This document shows positions 44,977 through 53,165 of a stretch of 64,000 nt of DNA, in pieces (positions within the stretch are counted from its first letter, which is position 1; each line of letters opens with the position of its first letter). Both the position numbers and the translations under genes were made by a program. This stretch comes from a virus. Taxonomy: Duplodnaviria > Caudoviricetes. The DNA lies in the IMG/VR virus record IMGVR_UViG_3300020050_009209. One strand, written 5' to 3'. The notes below the pieces were generated by a model that made no database searches, was not told the DNA's origin, and saw nothing but the letters and a program-made list of their open reading frames with translations.

Positions 44977-46587
44977 ATGACTCGAAGTGCAAGCACTCAC
45001 AAAGAAGCTGGGATCATCGTTTACCTTCAGGAGGAGTTGACCGACGCAAGAATGCGTTGCGACCAACTGAAGAAGTTCGTTGATCGGGCTGTACGTCACA
45101 TATCCGACTCCCCTCAGAAGGATACCTTCTATGAGGTGGCAGGGGATCTCATCTACGGGATTCCAGATGCTCTGTTCCGGTTAGATAAGGCTCTTGACGC
45201 TACGGCTCTTGCTGCGGCTAGGCTGGACTATGAAGAGCTGAAGCAGAGCCTTAAGCCAGAGAAGGTAGAGCTACTGGAAGAAGTTCTTAAGGGCGTTAGG
45301 GTGAGACACCTTGATCGACGCGCCCCGTCTGCCATTAAACCGAGTCCAGAAGGCCTAGCCTTCCCCCAGGAGAAAACTGCTATGTTCAAGGCTGCGTCCA
45401 AAAATCGTGTTGCTGAGGCTCTTTACCGTATCGCTTCTGGGGTGGAGGCGGCAAGCCTATCTCCAGTGGACGCTACCATGAGGCTACATCGAGTCCTCAT
45501 GGCCCTAGCTCAGACTCCAGATCGAGCCGTTCAAGCGATGGGTCCTATCCAGGCAGATTCTCGTGAGAAGGTCATGGAGGGGTTCAAGGGAGCCAACCCA
45601 GACCTCACTGATGAGCAGCTTGAGGAGATTGCTGACCAGTGGGAGAAGAATAAGGACGTTGTAAAGGACAAGCAGGCTGATTTTGGGAGTAGGCCGGTAG
45701 CTGACGGACTAAAGGAGTTGCTATCTGGACATAAGGCGTTAGCTCGTGCGCGCATCATACTTGAAGCTAGTCTTTCGGATGAAGTGGCGGATGTAGCGCT
45801 AGTTGATCTCGACAGGGCCCAAAAGTTGGTTGCTAAGTGCCTAGACCAGGTTTCTAGGGTCAAGACAGCTCGCTACGAAGAAGGCAAGTCCGCAGACCCT
45901 ACCGAGAACATGTCTGAGGAAGACGCTGCGGAGTGGAAGAGGCAGACGGAAGAGAATCGCGATAACTTCAAGAGTGCTGCTGGTAAGACTTTCCGTTACC
46001 CGGAAGGTCAGATGACGGAAGAAGATTGGGTCGACAGGTACGCTGATTCGGTGGAGGAGTATCGTGCTAAATGGACCGACCTATTTGATCGTCGGAAGTT
46101 CAACAGTCTGGAGGGGGATGGTGCACAGCAAAGGTACGAAGACGACCTGAAGCTCAAGGCCCAGAAACCACGCTTCCGAGCTTGGAAGAAGGGTAAGGAG
46201 ACCTACCAGGACATCTCCAAGGCAACGTTCGAGTGGGCGAAGAAGCGAGGCATCAACTCCAAGTCCGCTGCAATGGAATTCAAGAGTGCTGCGACTTCTC
46301 CATCAAAGGGGTCCCCTAGTGATTGGACACGTAAGGGGGAGCAGTGGGTGCAATCAGTTAAGTACGCTGGAGGGGTTAAACACGACTGGACCATTAGTGG
46401 GGATGGCCCTTTCCTAGTTCAGGTAAAAACGGAGGATGGTTCTTGGAAGGGGAAGACAAAGTTCTCCTCTTTGGAGGAAGCTCAGAAGTTTGCTTGGAAG
46501 TTTATTGGCAAAGCTAATGGGGAGGAACTGCTTGAAGAGGCTAAGCCAAAGAGTTTTACGAAGTCCGCCACCCAGACGATGTGGTGA
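44977..46587 (+). CDS. modular polyprotein-like internal head protein punctuated by KxA motifs
   Basis: RSA, KEA, KTA, KAA, KQA, KTA and repeated KSA separate dissimilar blocks. Confidence 0.7.
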   Translation: MTRSASTHKEAGIIVYLQEELTDARMRCDQLKKFVDRAVRHISDSPQKDTFYEVAGDLIYGIPDALFRLDKALDATALAAARLDYEELKQSLKPEKVELLEEVLKGVRVRHLDRRAPSAIKPSPEGLAFPQEKTAMFKAASKNRVAEALYRIASGVEAASLSPVDATMRLHRVLMALAQTPDRAVQAMGPIQADSREKVMEGFKGANPDLTDEQLEEIADQWEKNKDVVKDKQADFGSRPVADGLKELLSGHKALARARIILEASLSDEVADVALVDLDRAQKLVAKCLDQVSRVKTARYEEGKSADPTENMSEEDAAEWKRQTEENRDNFKSAAGKTFRYPEGQMTEEDWVDRYADSVEEYRAKWTDLFDRRKFNSLEGDGAQQRYEDDLKLKAQKPRFRAWKKGKETYQDISKATFEWAKKRGINSKSAAMEFKSAATSPSKGSPSDWTRKGEQWVQSVKYAGGVKHDWTISGDGPFLVQVKTEDGSWKGKTKFSSLEEAQKFAWKFIGKANGEELLEEAKPKSFTKSATQTMW

Positions 46588-47275
46588 ATGAAGGCTCTTG
46601 AGGGCCTTTTGGCTGAGTCCAAACTCCCTGAGGGAGACCCAGCAGGAAGAGGGGTGTCTTTGGATCCTGGGATCCCAGGCACCTCTTCTACTGGCTATGT
46701 CTATCTTGTCACAAATACCGTTAACGGTAAGAAGTATGTTGGTTGCACACGGGTGACTGTATCTAGGCGTTGGATTCAACATCGTAGCGCAGCTAAGAAC
46801 GGGAGCCCATTCGCTTTACACCAGGCCATACGTAAGTATGGGTTTAACAAGTTTCAAATGCATTGAAGTTGTAGAGGGGTCTCATGCAACTCTGATGGAA
46901 GTTGAAATTCGTCTTATCTCTCATTATGGTAGTGTAGCCCCTTACGGCTATAACCTTACTCATGGTGGAGATGGTGTTGACTACTCCGTGCCAGGAGTGC
47001 GGGAACGACACTTAAAAGCTATGCGTGAGTTACCTTTGGACCCTATCTGGGTACAGTCTCTTAAGGATGGGATCAAGAAAAGACAAATGGACCCAGAGAG
47101 TAGGGCAAATCAGTTAGCTGGGGTTAGGCAGAGTCACCTTAACACTCGGTCTAAAGTCTGTACCTTATGTGGAGGCCCATTGGACATTCATAGATCTTGG
47201 TGCACCCCTTGTAAGAAGGACTACCACAAGGACTATAACAGGAAGTATACTATTAAGCTTAAGGGGCAGTCATAG
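46588..47275 (+). pseudogene. GIY-YIG homing endonuclease, frameshifted near 46853-46866, fused to a copy of the downstream gene's N-terminus
   Basis: GYVYLVTN..KKYVG..RW.QH..AIRKYG (46588-46866) continues as E..E..LI..GYNLTHGG in the 46838-47275 frame. Confidence 0.8.
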
Positions 47276-48063
47276 TGTACCCTGTGGCGGAATCTGGGCT
47301 CCCTGGAGGTGGCCCTTCTCCGCGAGGCGTATCCTTGGACTCTAGTATACCTGGAACCGCAACTTTTTCAAAGCCTGTAGAAGACATTAGGGAGCCAGAT
47401 AAGGCCGAGGGGGGTTCAATCTACAGGAAGGATGACCCCGACTCATTGGCGAAGCCTCAGACGGGATACGATGGGCGGGATCTTTCTCAGGTTAGGCCTA
47501 GCTATTCTTCTCCTGGGCCTAATGACGGCTCCATCACAAAATACCCATATCGCGATGGCATCCCAAACGCCCACAACGCTGGTTTGGTTTCGTCTGTAGT
47601 TCAACTCTGGTTACTTAAGTCAGCACGGGAGATTCAAGTCGACCTTACACTTCCCAGTAAGGTAGCTGCGACCCTCGCTGAGATTGAGGCAGGGTTGAAC
47701 CCCAAGACTCAGATGAAAGCCAAGTCTTGCTCTTCTACCTTGAAGAGAGCTGACATAGCTAATTTGAGATGGATCTTTTCGGTGGATTGTGGGAATGGTC
47801 CTAGACTTGTGAGGCTAAAGGCTGTACGAAGCGGTAAGGTCGTATCTCTTACGAAGATGGGTCTATTCTTCTCTTGCTCCTGTCCAGGATGGCAGTGGTT
47901 AGGCCCAGAGTATCATGCAAAAGGGGAGAACTACATTGACGGTAAGCCGAGAGGTACAGCGTCTCCCCCGAACATCAAAGACCCCAATCGTGTAAATCGA
48001 GTCTGTAAGCATGTGGCGGCAGTTCTTTCCCAAGTGCGAGCTTGGCAGATACCAAACAAATGA
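47275..48063 (+). CDS. head-module protein with SWIM-like zinc finger
   Basis: FSCSCPGW...VCKH; KSA and KVA motifs. Confidence 0.65.
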   Translation: MYPVAESGLPGGGPSPRGVSLDSSIPGTATFSKPVEDIREPDKAEGGSIYRKDDPDSLAKPQTGYDGRDLSQVRPSYSSPGPNDGSITKYPYRDGIPNAHNAGLVSSVVQLWLLKSAREIQVDLTLPSKVAATLAEIEAGLNPKTQMKAKSCSSTLKRADIANLRWIFSVDCGNGPRLVRLKAVRSGKVVSLTKMGLFFSCSCPGWQWLGPEYHAKGENYIDGKPRGTASPPNIKDPNRVNRVCKHVAAVLSQVRAWQIPNK

Positions 48064-48076
48064 GATGAGGTTAACC

Positions 48077-48487
48077 GTGCCAACGTATTCAATTGAGTGT
48101 CATGAGTGTGGGACCGTACGGGAGCAAAGACTTTCCTACTCGGAGTACGACTCTGTACGAGGTGGGAGTAAGAGCCTTACTTGTGACAAGTGTGAGCTAC
48201 CGGTTCACATTGGATTCCATCCTGGAGCCATAGGCTTCATTCTGAAGGAGGGGGAGTCCGGTGGTTGGGCGAGTAAGTCCATTCGGGAGAATGCTTACCG
48301 TACCAAGCGTAGGGCTGTTATGGCTCAGAAGGAAGCCGATCACGTCTTCAAGAACTCTCTTCAGGCAAACTACGATGGAGCTGAAACTGGCTCTTGGCGA
48401 GAGGCTCAAGAGTTGGCTCGAAAAGAAAAAGGTGACGCCGCTGCTGCCACCTATAACCCTCTTGTACAGAAGGAACAGATGACATGA
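48077..48487 (+). CDS. FmdB-like zinc ribbon protein
   Basis: PTYSIECHECG..CDKC..FILK..GWA; GAGG RBS before GTG. Confidence 0.7.
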   Translation: MPTYSIECHECGTVREQRLSYSEYDSVRGGSKSLTCDKCELPVHIGFHPGAIGFILKEGESGGWASKSIRENAYRTKRRAVMAQKEADHVFKNSLQANYDGAETGSWREAQELARKEKGDAAAATYNPLVQKEQMT

Positions 48488-49503
48488 GTGCTCCACGATT
48501 GTTTTCCGTTCTCAGGCGTAAGGCAGGTCTGATTGACCTGATTACTCCTATTCTACCCCCATCAAGTTTGGTTGAGCAGTATCGGATTAAGACCGACACG
48601 AACCCAGCAGGGGCCTTTGTGACTAGGGTTGTTACGGCCCCTAGGACGGGGATGGTAGACCCTGACGTAGCTGGAGGGCAGCATGTGATTCAACCGGGCG
48701 AGAACGTTCGGATGATCTTCAAGCCTTCCAACTTTGGGTTGTCGGACAATGCCGTCTGGGTAAAGTTGGTCTACCTAGATAGTGCGGGGTTGGAGCTGTC
48801 TACCCCCGCCCCTAGTGCGCCAACCTTGATGCTCCCTCCTGTTGGGGGTCCTGAGATGTCTGGGTTTACGGTCTCTGTACCCAACCGAGCAAGCCTTGCT
48901 ACAGCTCTTCGTCTTGATCTACCTAGGGCAATGGAGAATGTTAGGCTCCTGAACTTGGATACTGGAGTAGCTATATGGGTGGCCTTCAATGAGGGCGGAC
49001 CTGAGGTAAAGATCCCTTTCGGAAAAGAGCTTGTAGGTTTCCATGGCACGGTATCCTCGCTATTTGTCAGAGGGGCCGGGGCAGCCGATGTTGCCGCTGT
49101 CGGATCGTTGACTCTTGCTGCAAATGTGGTTGCAACGAACACGGTTACCATTGGCAGTAAGGTCTACACCTTTGTAAGTCCCATGGTGAACGTCGATGGG
49201 AACGTGCTCATTGGAGCCACGGCTTCTGATTCCATTGACAACCTGATTGCAGCGATAAATCTAACCCCAGCTGGAGCTGGAACTCTCTACGCTGCTGCCA
49301 CCACATTGAATACCTCGGTTGTAGCCGCTGTAGCTCCTGGAGACGTAATGGGTGTTACTGCTTTGGTAGCAGGGGTAGCTGGTAACTCCATTGCAACTAC
49401 ATCTACAGGCGGTATTGCAACATGGGGAGCGGCTACACTTGCGAGTGGAGCTGGAACCCCTGTAGACCTATCGGTAACATTTACTTCGGCCTTCCCACGG
49501 TGA
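48484..49503 (+). CDS. virion structural protein
   Basis: C-terminal GSLTL..TVTIGSKVYTF..VLIGATASDSIDNLIAAIN domain typical of virion proteins. Confidence 0.6.
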   Translation: MSAPRLFSVLRRKAGLIDLITPILPPSSLVEQYRIKTDTNPAGAFVTRVVTAPRTGMVDPDVAGGQHVIQPGENVRMIFKPSNFGLSDNAVWVKLVYLDSAGLELSTPAPSAPTLMLPPVGGPEMSGFTVSVPNRASLATALRLDLPRAMENVRLLNLDTGVAIWVAFNEGGPEVKIPFGKELVGFHGTVSSLFVRGAGAADVAAVGSLTLAANVVATNTVTIGSKVYTFVSPMVNVDGNVLIGATASDSIDNLIAAINLTPAGAGTLYAAATTLNTSVVAAVAPGDVMGVTALVAGVAGNSIATTSTGGIATWGAATLASGAGTPVDLSVTFTSAFPR

Positions 49504-49576
49504 GGGTAGGCGCCCTTCGTACGTTTTCTTTTTATGAAACGGGTTGTGTAACCCTTCCCCGTTTAGGAGTGACCAA

Positions 49577-50206
49577 ATGTTGAGGCTTACCCACACTCAA
49601 GTTGCACAAGGTGCCCACTATATTCCGGACATTGATGACGGCCTACCCCGTAAGACTGCGGGTCGTGGGATTGGGGCTCCAAAGAGGTTTGACCGTGATG
49701 GTAACTCCCCAGGTGGTGCTGATCGTAGCGTCAAGCCAGGGGCTAACTTCGACAAGCAGAAGTGCTATGTGCCTAGAGTCAAGGCTGGGGAAGTGACGAT
49801 TGCTGGGTACATCGATATTGCTGAAAGCGATGCGGTACTGCTCTCTCAGGCAAGGGGTACAATCAACGGACTCCGTGTGGCTAACCACATCACCGTGACA
49901 TCCTTCCTAGCGACAGACCTTGCGGCTCCTGTTCTCACTCTCGCAGATAAGGATACCCCAGGAGCTGGAGACCTTCGTATTACGGGCACAGGTCTAACCT
50001 CCCTAGCTCCGGACATCACGACGGTCATCCTCACGGGTACCGCAGCCATCACCTTGACCCAGTCGCAGATCACTACCGGAGGTGGTTCGATCAGTGCCAC
50101 TCAAATCAACATTCCGGCAGCTCTGATTCCTGGTGTTGCTCTGACCACAACCTCGGCTCAGATTCGTGCAGATGGTCAGTTGTCGGCTGTCGTAGCTCTA
50201 ACCTAA
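49577..50206 (+). CDS. virion protein with C-terminal Ig/IPT-like domain
   Basis: AGGAG RBS; ADKDTPGAGDLRITGTGL domain shared with 50599-51348. Confidence 0.65.
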   Translation: MLRLTHTQVAQGAHYIPDIDDGLPRKTAGRGIGAPKRFDRDGNSPGGADRSVKPGANFDKQKCYVPRVKAGEVTIAGYIDIAESDAVLLSQARGTINGLRVANHITVTSFLATDLAAPVLTLADKDTPGAGDLRITGTGLTSLAPDITTVILTGTAAITLTQSQITTGGGSISATQINIPAALIPGVALTTTSAQIRADGQLSAVVALT

Positions 50207-50211
50207 AAACT

Positions 50212-50574
50212 ATGAAAGCCCCCGCACTTCTCAGTCTAATCGACCAAGAAGCTGGGGCTTTCCAGCGGATCGACAACAAGTGGAGACCTCAGAACCTCTT
50301 GTTTGAATTACAGATGAAGACGTTGATGGACGATATGACTCGAAGGTTCAACTTGGTAGTTCAAGCTGAAAGTGAGTTCCAAGGTTTGATTAGGGCTGCA
50401 TTCTTTGTCAAGTCCATTCGGCAGTTGAACCTCATCCTCAAAAGAGCTAACTTCGTTCGTCGAATTAACGACCTAGCCTTTATCCAAGCTGTGTCAGATT
50501 TCTACTCAGTGTATGGGGAAATGCTTAGGTATCTCAAGATTGATCAGGCAAGAGGCCAATTACAGCCCATATAG
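50212..50574 (+). CDS. hypothetical protein
   Basis: 120-aa helical ORF in operon. Confidence 0.6.
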   Translation: MKAPALLSLIDQEAGAFQRIDNKWRPQNLLFELQMKTLMDDMTRRFNLVVQAESEFQGLIRAAFFVKSIRQLNLILKRANFVRRINDLAFIQAVSDFYSVYGEMLRYLKIDQARGQLQPI

Positions 50575-50598
50575 GGTCAAAGATTAGAGGAGTTCCAA

Positions 50599-51348
50599 AT
50601 GCGTGTTGCTGTTATCCGAGGGGATCTTTCAAAGGGTCTATACATTGCGGACGTAGACACTAGAGGTCAGTTCGCAGGTAAGAGTAATGCTCGCTCTGTT
50701 GGGCGCCCAAGTGTAGCGGACATTACGGCGTACCTAGCTGCTCAAGGACTGGCTGCAAGTGCTGCCACTTTGATTACGGCTACGGTTCCCGTGGGAGGTC
50801 CAGTTAACGTATCTTCTGCTACGATTACTGGCGTAGCTGGGCTTGGAGGAGCTTCTGCTGCTCAAGTCCTAGCTCTACAGGATTTGCTAGCGCCTTACTT
50901 CGTTGAGACAGATGCCGTAAAGAAGAGCTTCCTGTACGGAAACCTTGCGGGCTTTAGGTCGGCTTCGTTTAATCCTGACCCTCGACGCGAGCCAGCTCTC
51001 TCTTCGAGTGCTGCGATTTCTTGTGTGCAGGACGACGGGTCTACTGCATTTAACCCACTCCCTCCGGTAGTTACAACTGCGGACAAGGACACTCCAGGAG
51101 CTGGAGACCTTCGTATTTCAGGTACGGGTCTTCTTCCTTACGGTCTCTACTCGTACACCGTAATTCTAGAGGGCGTGCTCACAAAGAAGTTGACTCAGGC
51201 GCAAATCCTTGCTGGGGGCGGCTCTATCAATGCAGGTGGGACTCAAATCGACATCCCAGCAGCGTTGGTCCCAGGGGCAACTCTGACGACCACTACGGCT
51301 AGGGTCCAAGTGAACGACATGCTGTCCGCAGCTGTCGCCCTTACCTGA
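50599..51348 (+). CDS. virion protein with C-terminal Ig/IPT-like domain
   Basis: GAGGAG RBS; C-terminal ~95 aa paralogous to 49577-50206. Confidence 0.65.
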   Translation: MRVAVIRGDLSKGLYIADVDTRGQFAGKSNARSVGRPSVADITAYLAAQGLAASAATLITATVPVGGPVNVSSATITGVAGLGGASAAQVLALQDLLAPYFVETDAVKKSFLYGNLAGFRSASFNPDPRREPALSSSAAISCVQDDGSTAFNPLPPVVTTADKDTPGAGDLRISGTGLLPYGLYSYTVILEGVLTKKLTQAQILAGGGSINAGGTQIDIPAALVPGATLTTTTARVQVNDMLSAAVALT

Positions 51349-51354
51349 GAGAGA

Positions 51355-51636
51355 ATGGACCCTCTAATTTGGAAAACTGCGGATGCTCAGAAAGTGGTCG
51401 CTGACCAGTGGCGAGACGCGTTACGTAAGTTACAGGTTAGACTACTAGCTGCGGAGGCTGAAGCAAAGTCCCTTTCAGATATGATGCGAGGCTCTTTGGA
51501 CATGGGGGACGTTCTCTCGAAGAGGGTGTTACCCCCAAATGCCGTAAAGCAGGTATCTGATATCTGGAAGCAGACTTCGGACTTGAGTAATCAGGTCCAA
51601 GAAATTTCAAAAAAGCTAATAGCTGTACGGGGTTAG
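51355..51636 (+). CDS. small coiled-coil protein with N-terminal KTA
   Basis: 93-aa ORF, MDPLIWKTA start. Confidence 0.6.
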   Translation: MDPLIWKTADAQKVVADQWRDALRKLQVRLLAAEAEAKSLSDMMRGSLDMGDVLSKRVLPPNAVKQVSDIWKQTSDLSNQVQEISKKLIAVRG

Positions 51637-51657
51637 GGTCATTCCCCTAACCCCTTC
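51629..51657 (+). terminator. hairpin / probable terminator
   Basis: GGGGTTAGGG-TCATTC-CCCTAACCCC followed by TTCT. Confidence 0.6.
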
Positions 51658-51672
51658 TAGATGTAGAAACCG

Positions 51673-51945
51673 ATGGATAGAGAGGTGGAGCAAATGTCAA
51701 ATACATTGAAAGAACGAGCGCCGTTTAGGACCCCAGACCTGTACTTTGCAGCTTACTTGCAGACAGCAGGCGTTACGATGCTGAAGTCTGAACGGGAGAA
51801 CTCTCGGGTGTTCTTTGTGTTCAGTACCGAGGTTGCAGACATTGAAGAGCTGAAAACAGGTTGGTTCAACAGCACTGCAAAGATTCCAGCAATGACGTTT
51901 GCGAACAATATCAAGTCGTTGAAGTCTGTATGTCACATGACCTAG
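51673..51945 (+). CDS. DUF5659-like small protein (alternative start 51694)
   Basis: FRTPDLYFAAYL..G..RVFFVF..IKSLKS pattern. Confidence 0.55.
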   Translation: MDREVEQMSNTLKERAPFRTPDLYFAAYLQTAGVTMLKSERENSRVFFVFSTEVADIEELKTGWFNSTAKIPAMTFANNIKSLKSVCHMT

Positions 51946-52018
51946 ACTACCCCGTTCCCACCTAATCTACTGATAACCTAGTATGTGTGGTGGGAGTGAC
52001 CCTTAGGAGAGCACGAAC

Positions 52019-52615
52019 ATGGCTGATCATGCGGTTGACGCAACTTTAGCGGGAGATTCCACTCAGGTGGCGGATGCGGTCATGCTATATGCTGGAGGGG
52101 CAGTAGCTGTAACTGGAGCGGCTGACTTTGTAGCTGTAAACCTGCTTGGTGAGCTAGGTGCGGTGGCAATCAGTGGGGATGCCTCCGTGGCATCTGACTT
52201 CGTCCTTTCTCTTGCAATTGATTCCTCCTTCGGGGGTGGGGCAGACGTCACGGCTCCAAATCTACTTGCATGTATGGATGCCACCCTCACGGGTGGGGCC
52301 GACCTGACTGCATCCTTCACAATTCTTTTGAGTGCTGCTCTACTCGCAGACGGCTCAGGTTTGACTGTTGGAGACCTACTCGCTATCTATGGAGTTAGTG
52401 CGGCATTGGAAGGCGTTGCAGACTTCCCTCAGGTCGAGCTAACTCTGATGGCACACCCTGGGACAGTGGCTACTAAGCCCATTGCAAACTCGGGAGCCAC
52501 TCTTCAACAATTCATTGATGCGACTGGCTCTAGTAAGGCTTCTCAGAAAACTCAGCCCGTTAGCCACCCTGTGGTCGACCCAAACCCACCCAAGAAACCT
52601 TTTGCACCACGTTAA
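52019..52615 (+). CDS. DATLxGDA-repeat virion protein
   Basis: AGGAG RBS; VDATLAGDS, ISGDASV and MDATLTGGADL repeats. Confidence 0.6.
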   Translation: MADHAVDATLAGDSTQVADAVMLYAGGAVAVTGAADFVAVNLLGELGAVAISGDASVASDFVLSLAIDSSFGGGADVTAPNLLACMDATLTGGADLTASFTILLSAALLADGSGLTVGDLLAIYGVSAALEGVADFPQVELTLMAHPGTVATKPIANSGATLQQFIDATGSSKASQKTQPVSHPVVDPNPPKKPFAPR

Positions 52616-52628
52616 GTAGGAGAAAACA

Positions 52629-53027
52629 ATGACTGCTAAGACTGACTATTTGGAGCTTCGTGTTCTTGACCGTGTTCTAAAGAACAACGCTCAATTCGTG
52701 TACTCTTTCCCAGCAACTGTGTATGCTTCGCTACACACTGCTGACCCAACGGATACTGGCTCCCTAGCGGCGGAAGCTTCTGGTGGCTCGTATGCTCGCA
52801 TTGCAATCAGCTGGGGTACCATCGCTTCGGGTTCGGTCGCGAACTCGTCTGCGATTACCTTCCCAGTTGCAACGGGAGCCTGGGGTACGATCACCCACGT
52901 TGGTATCTGCGATGCGTTGACCACGGGTAACATGCTCTACAAGGGAGCCCTTGGTACCTCTAAGGTCGTTGGTAACGGCGACCAGGTCAGTTTCGCTATC
53001 GGAGCGCTAACTGTCTCTGAGGGGTGA
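52629..53027 (+). CDS. small phage structural / tail-fibre-associated protein
   Basis: VYASLHTADP.D.G..EASGGSYAR..ITFPVAT.AWGTITH.GI.DA.T.GNML pattern, which is widespread in phages. Confidence 0.75.
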   Translation: MTAKTDYLELRVLDRVLKNNAQFVYSFPATVYASLHTADPTDTGSLAAEASGGSYARIAISWGTIASGSVANSSAITFPVATGAWGTITHVGICDALTTGNMLYKGALGTSKVVGNGDQVSFAIGALTVSEG

Positions 53028-53043
53028 TTCTACCCTTTGGTTA

Positions 53044-53099
53044 GCACCAAAAGCAGGAAACCATTCTGGGAAACCGGGATGGTTTTTTGCTTTTGGTGC
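53044..53099 (+). terminator. 26-bp RNA hairpin with GAAA tetraloop
   Basis: GCACCAAAAGCAGGAAACCATTCTGG-GAAA-CCGGGATGGTTTTTTGCTTTTGGTGC; all 4 non-Watson-Crick pairs are G-U. Confidence 0.85.
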
Positions 53100-53165
53100 C
53101 ACCCATTAAACGTCTTATTCTTTCTGATAGATGTCGGGTTGTTCGGGCTACTTCGGAGGTAACTA

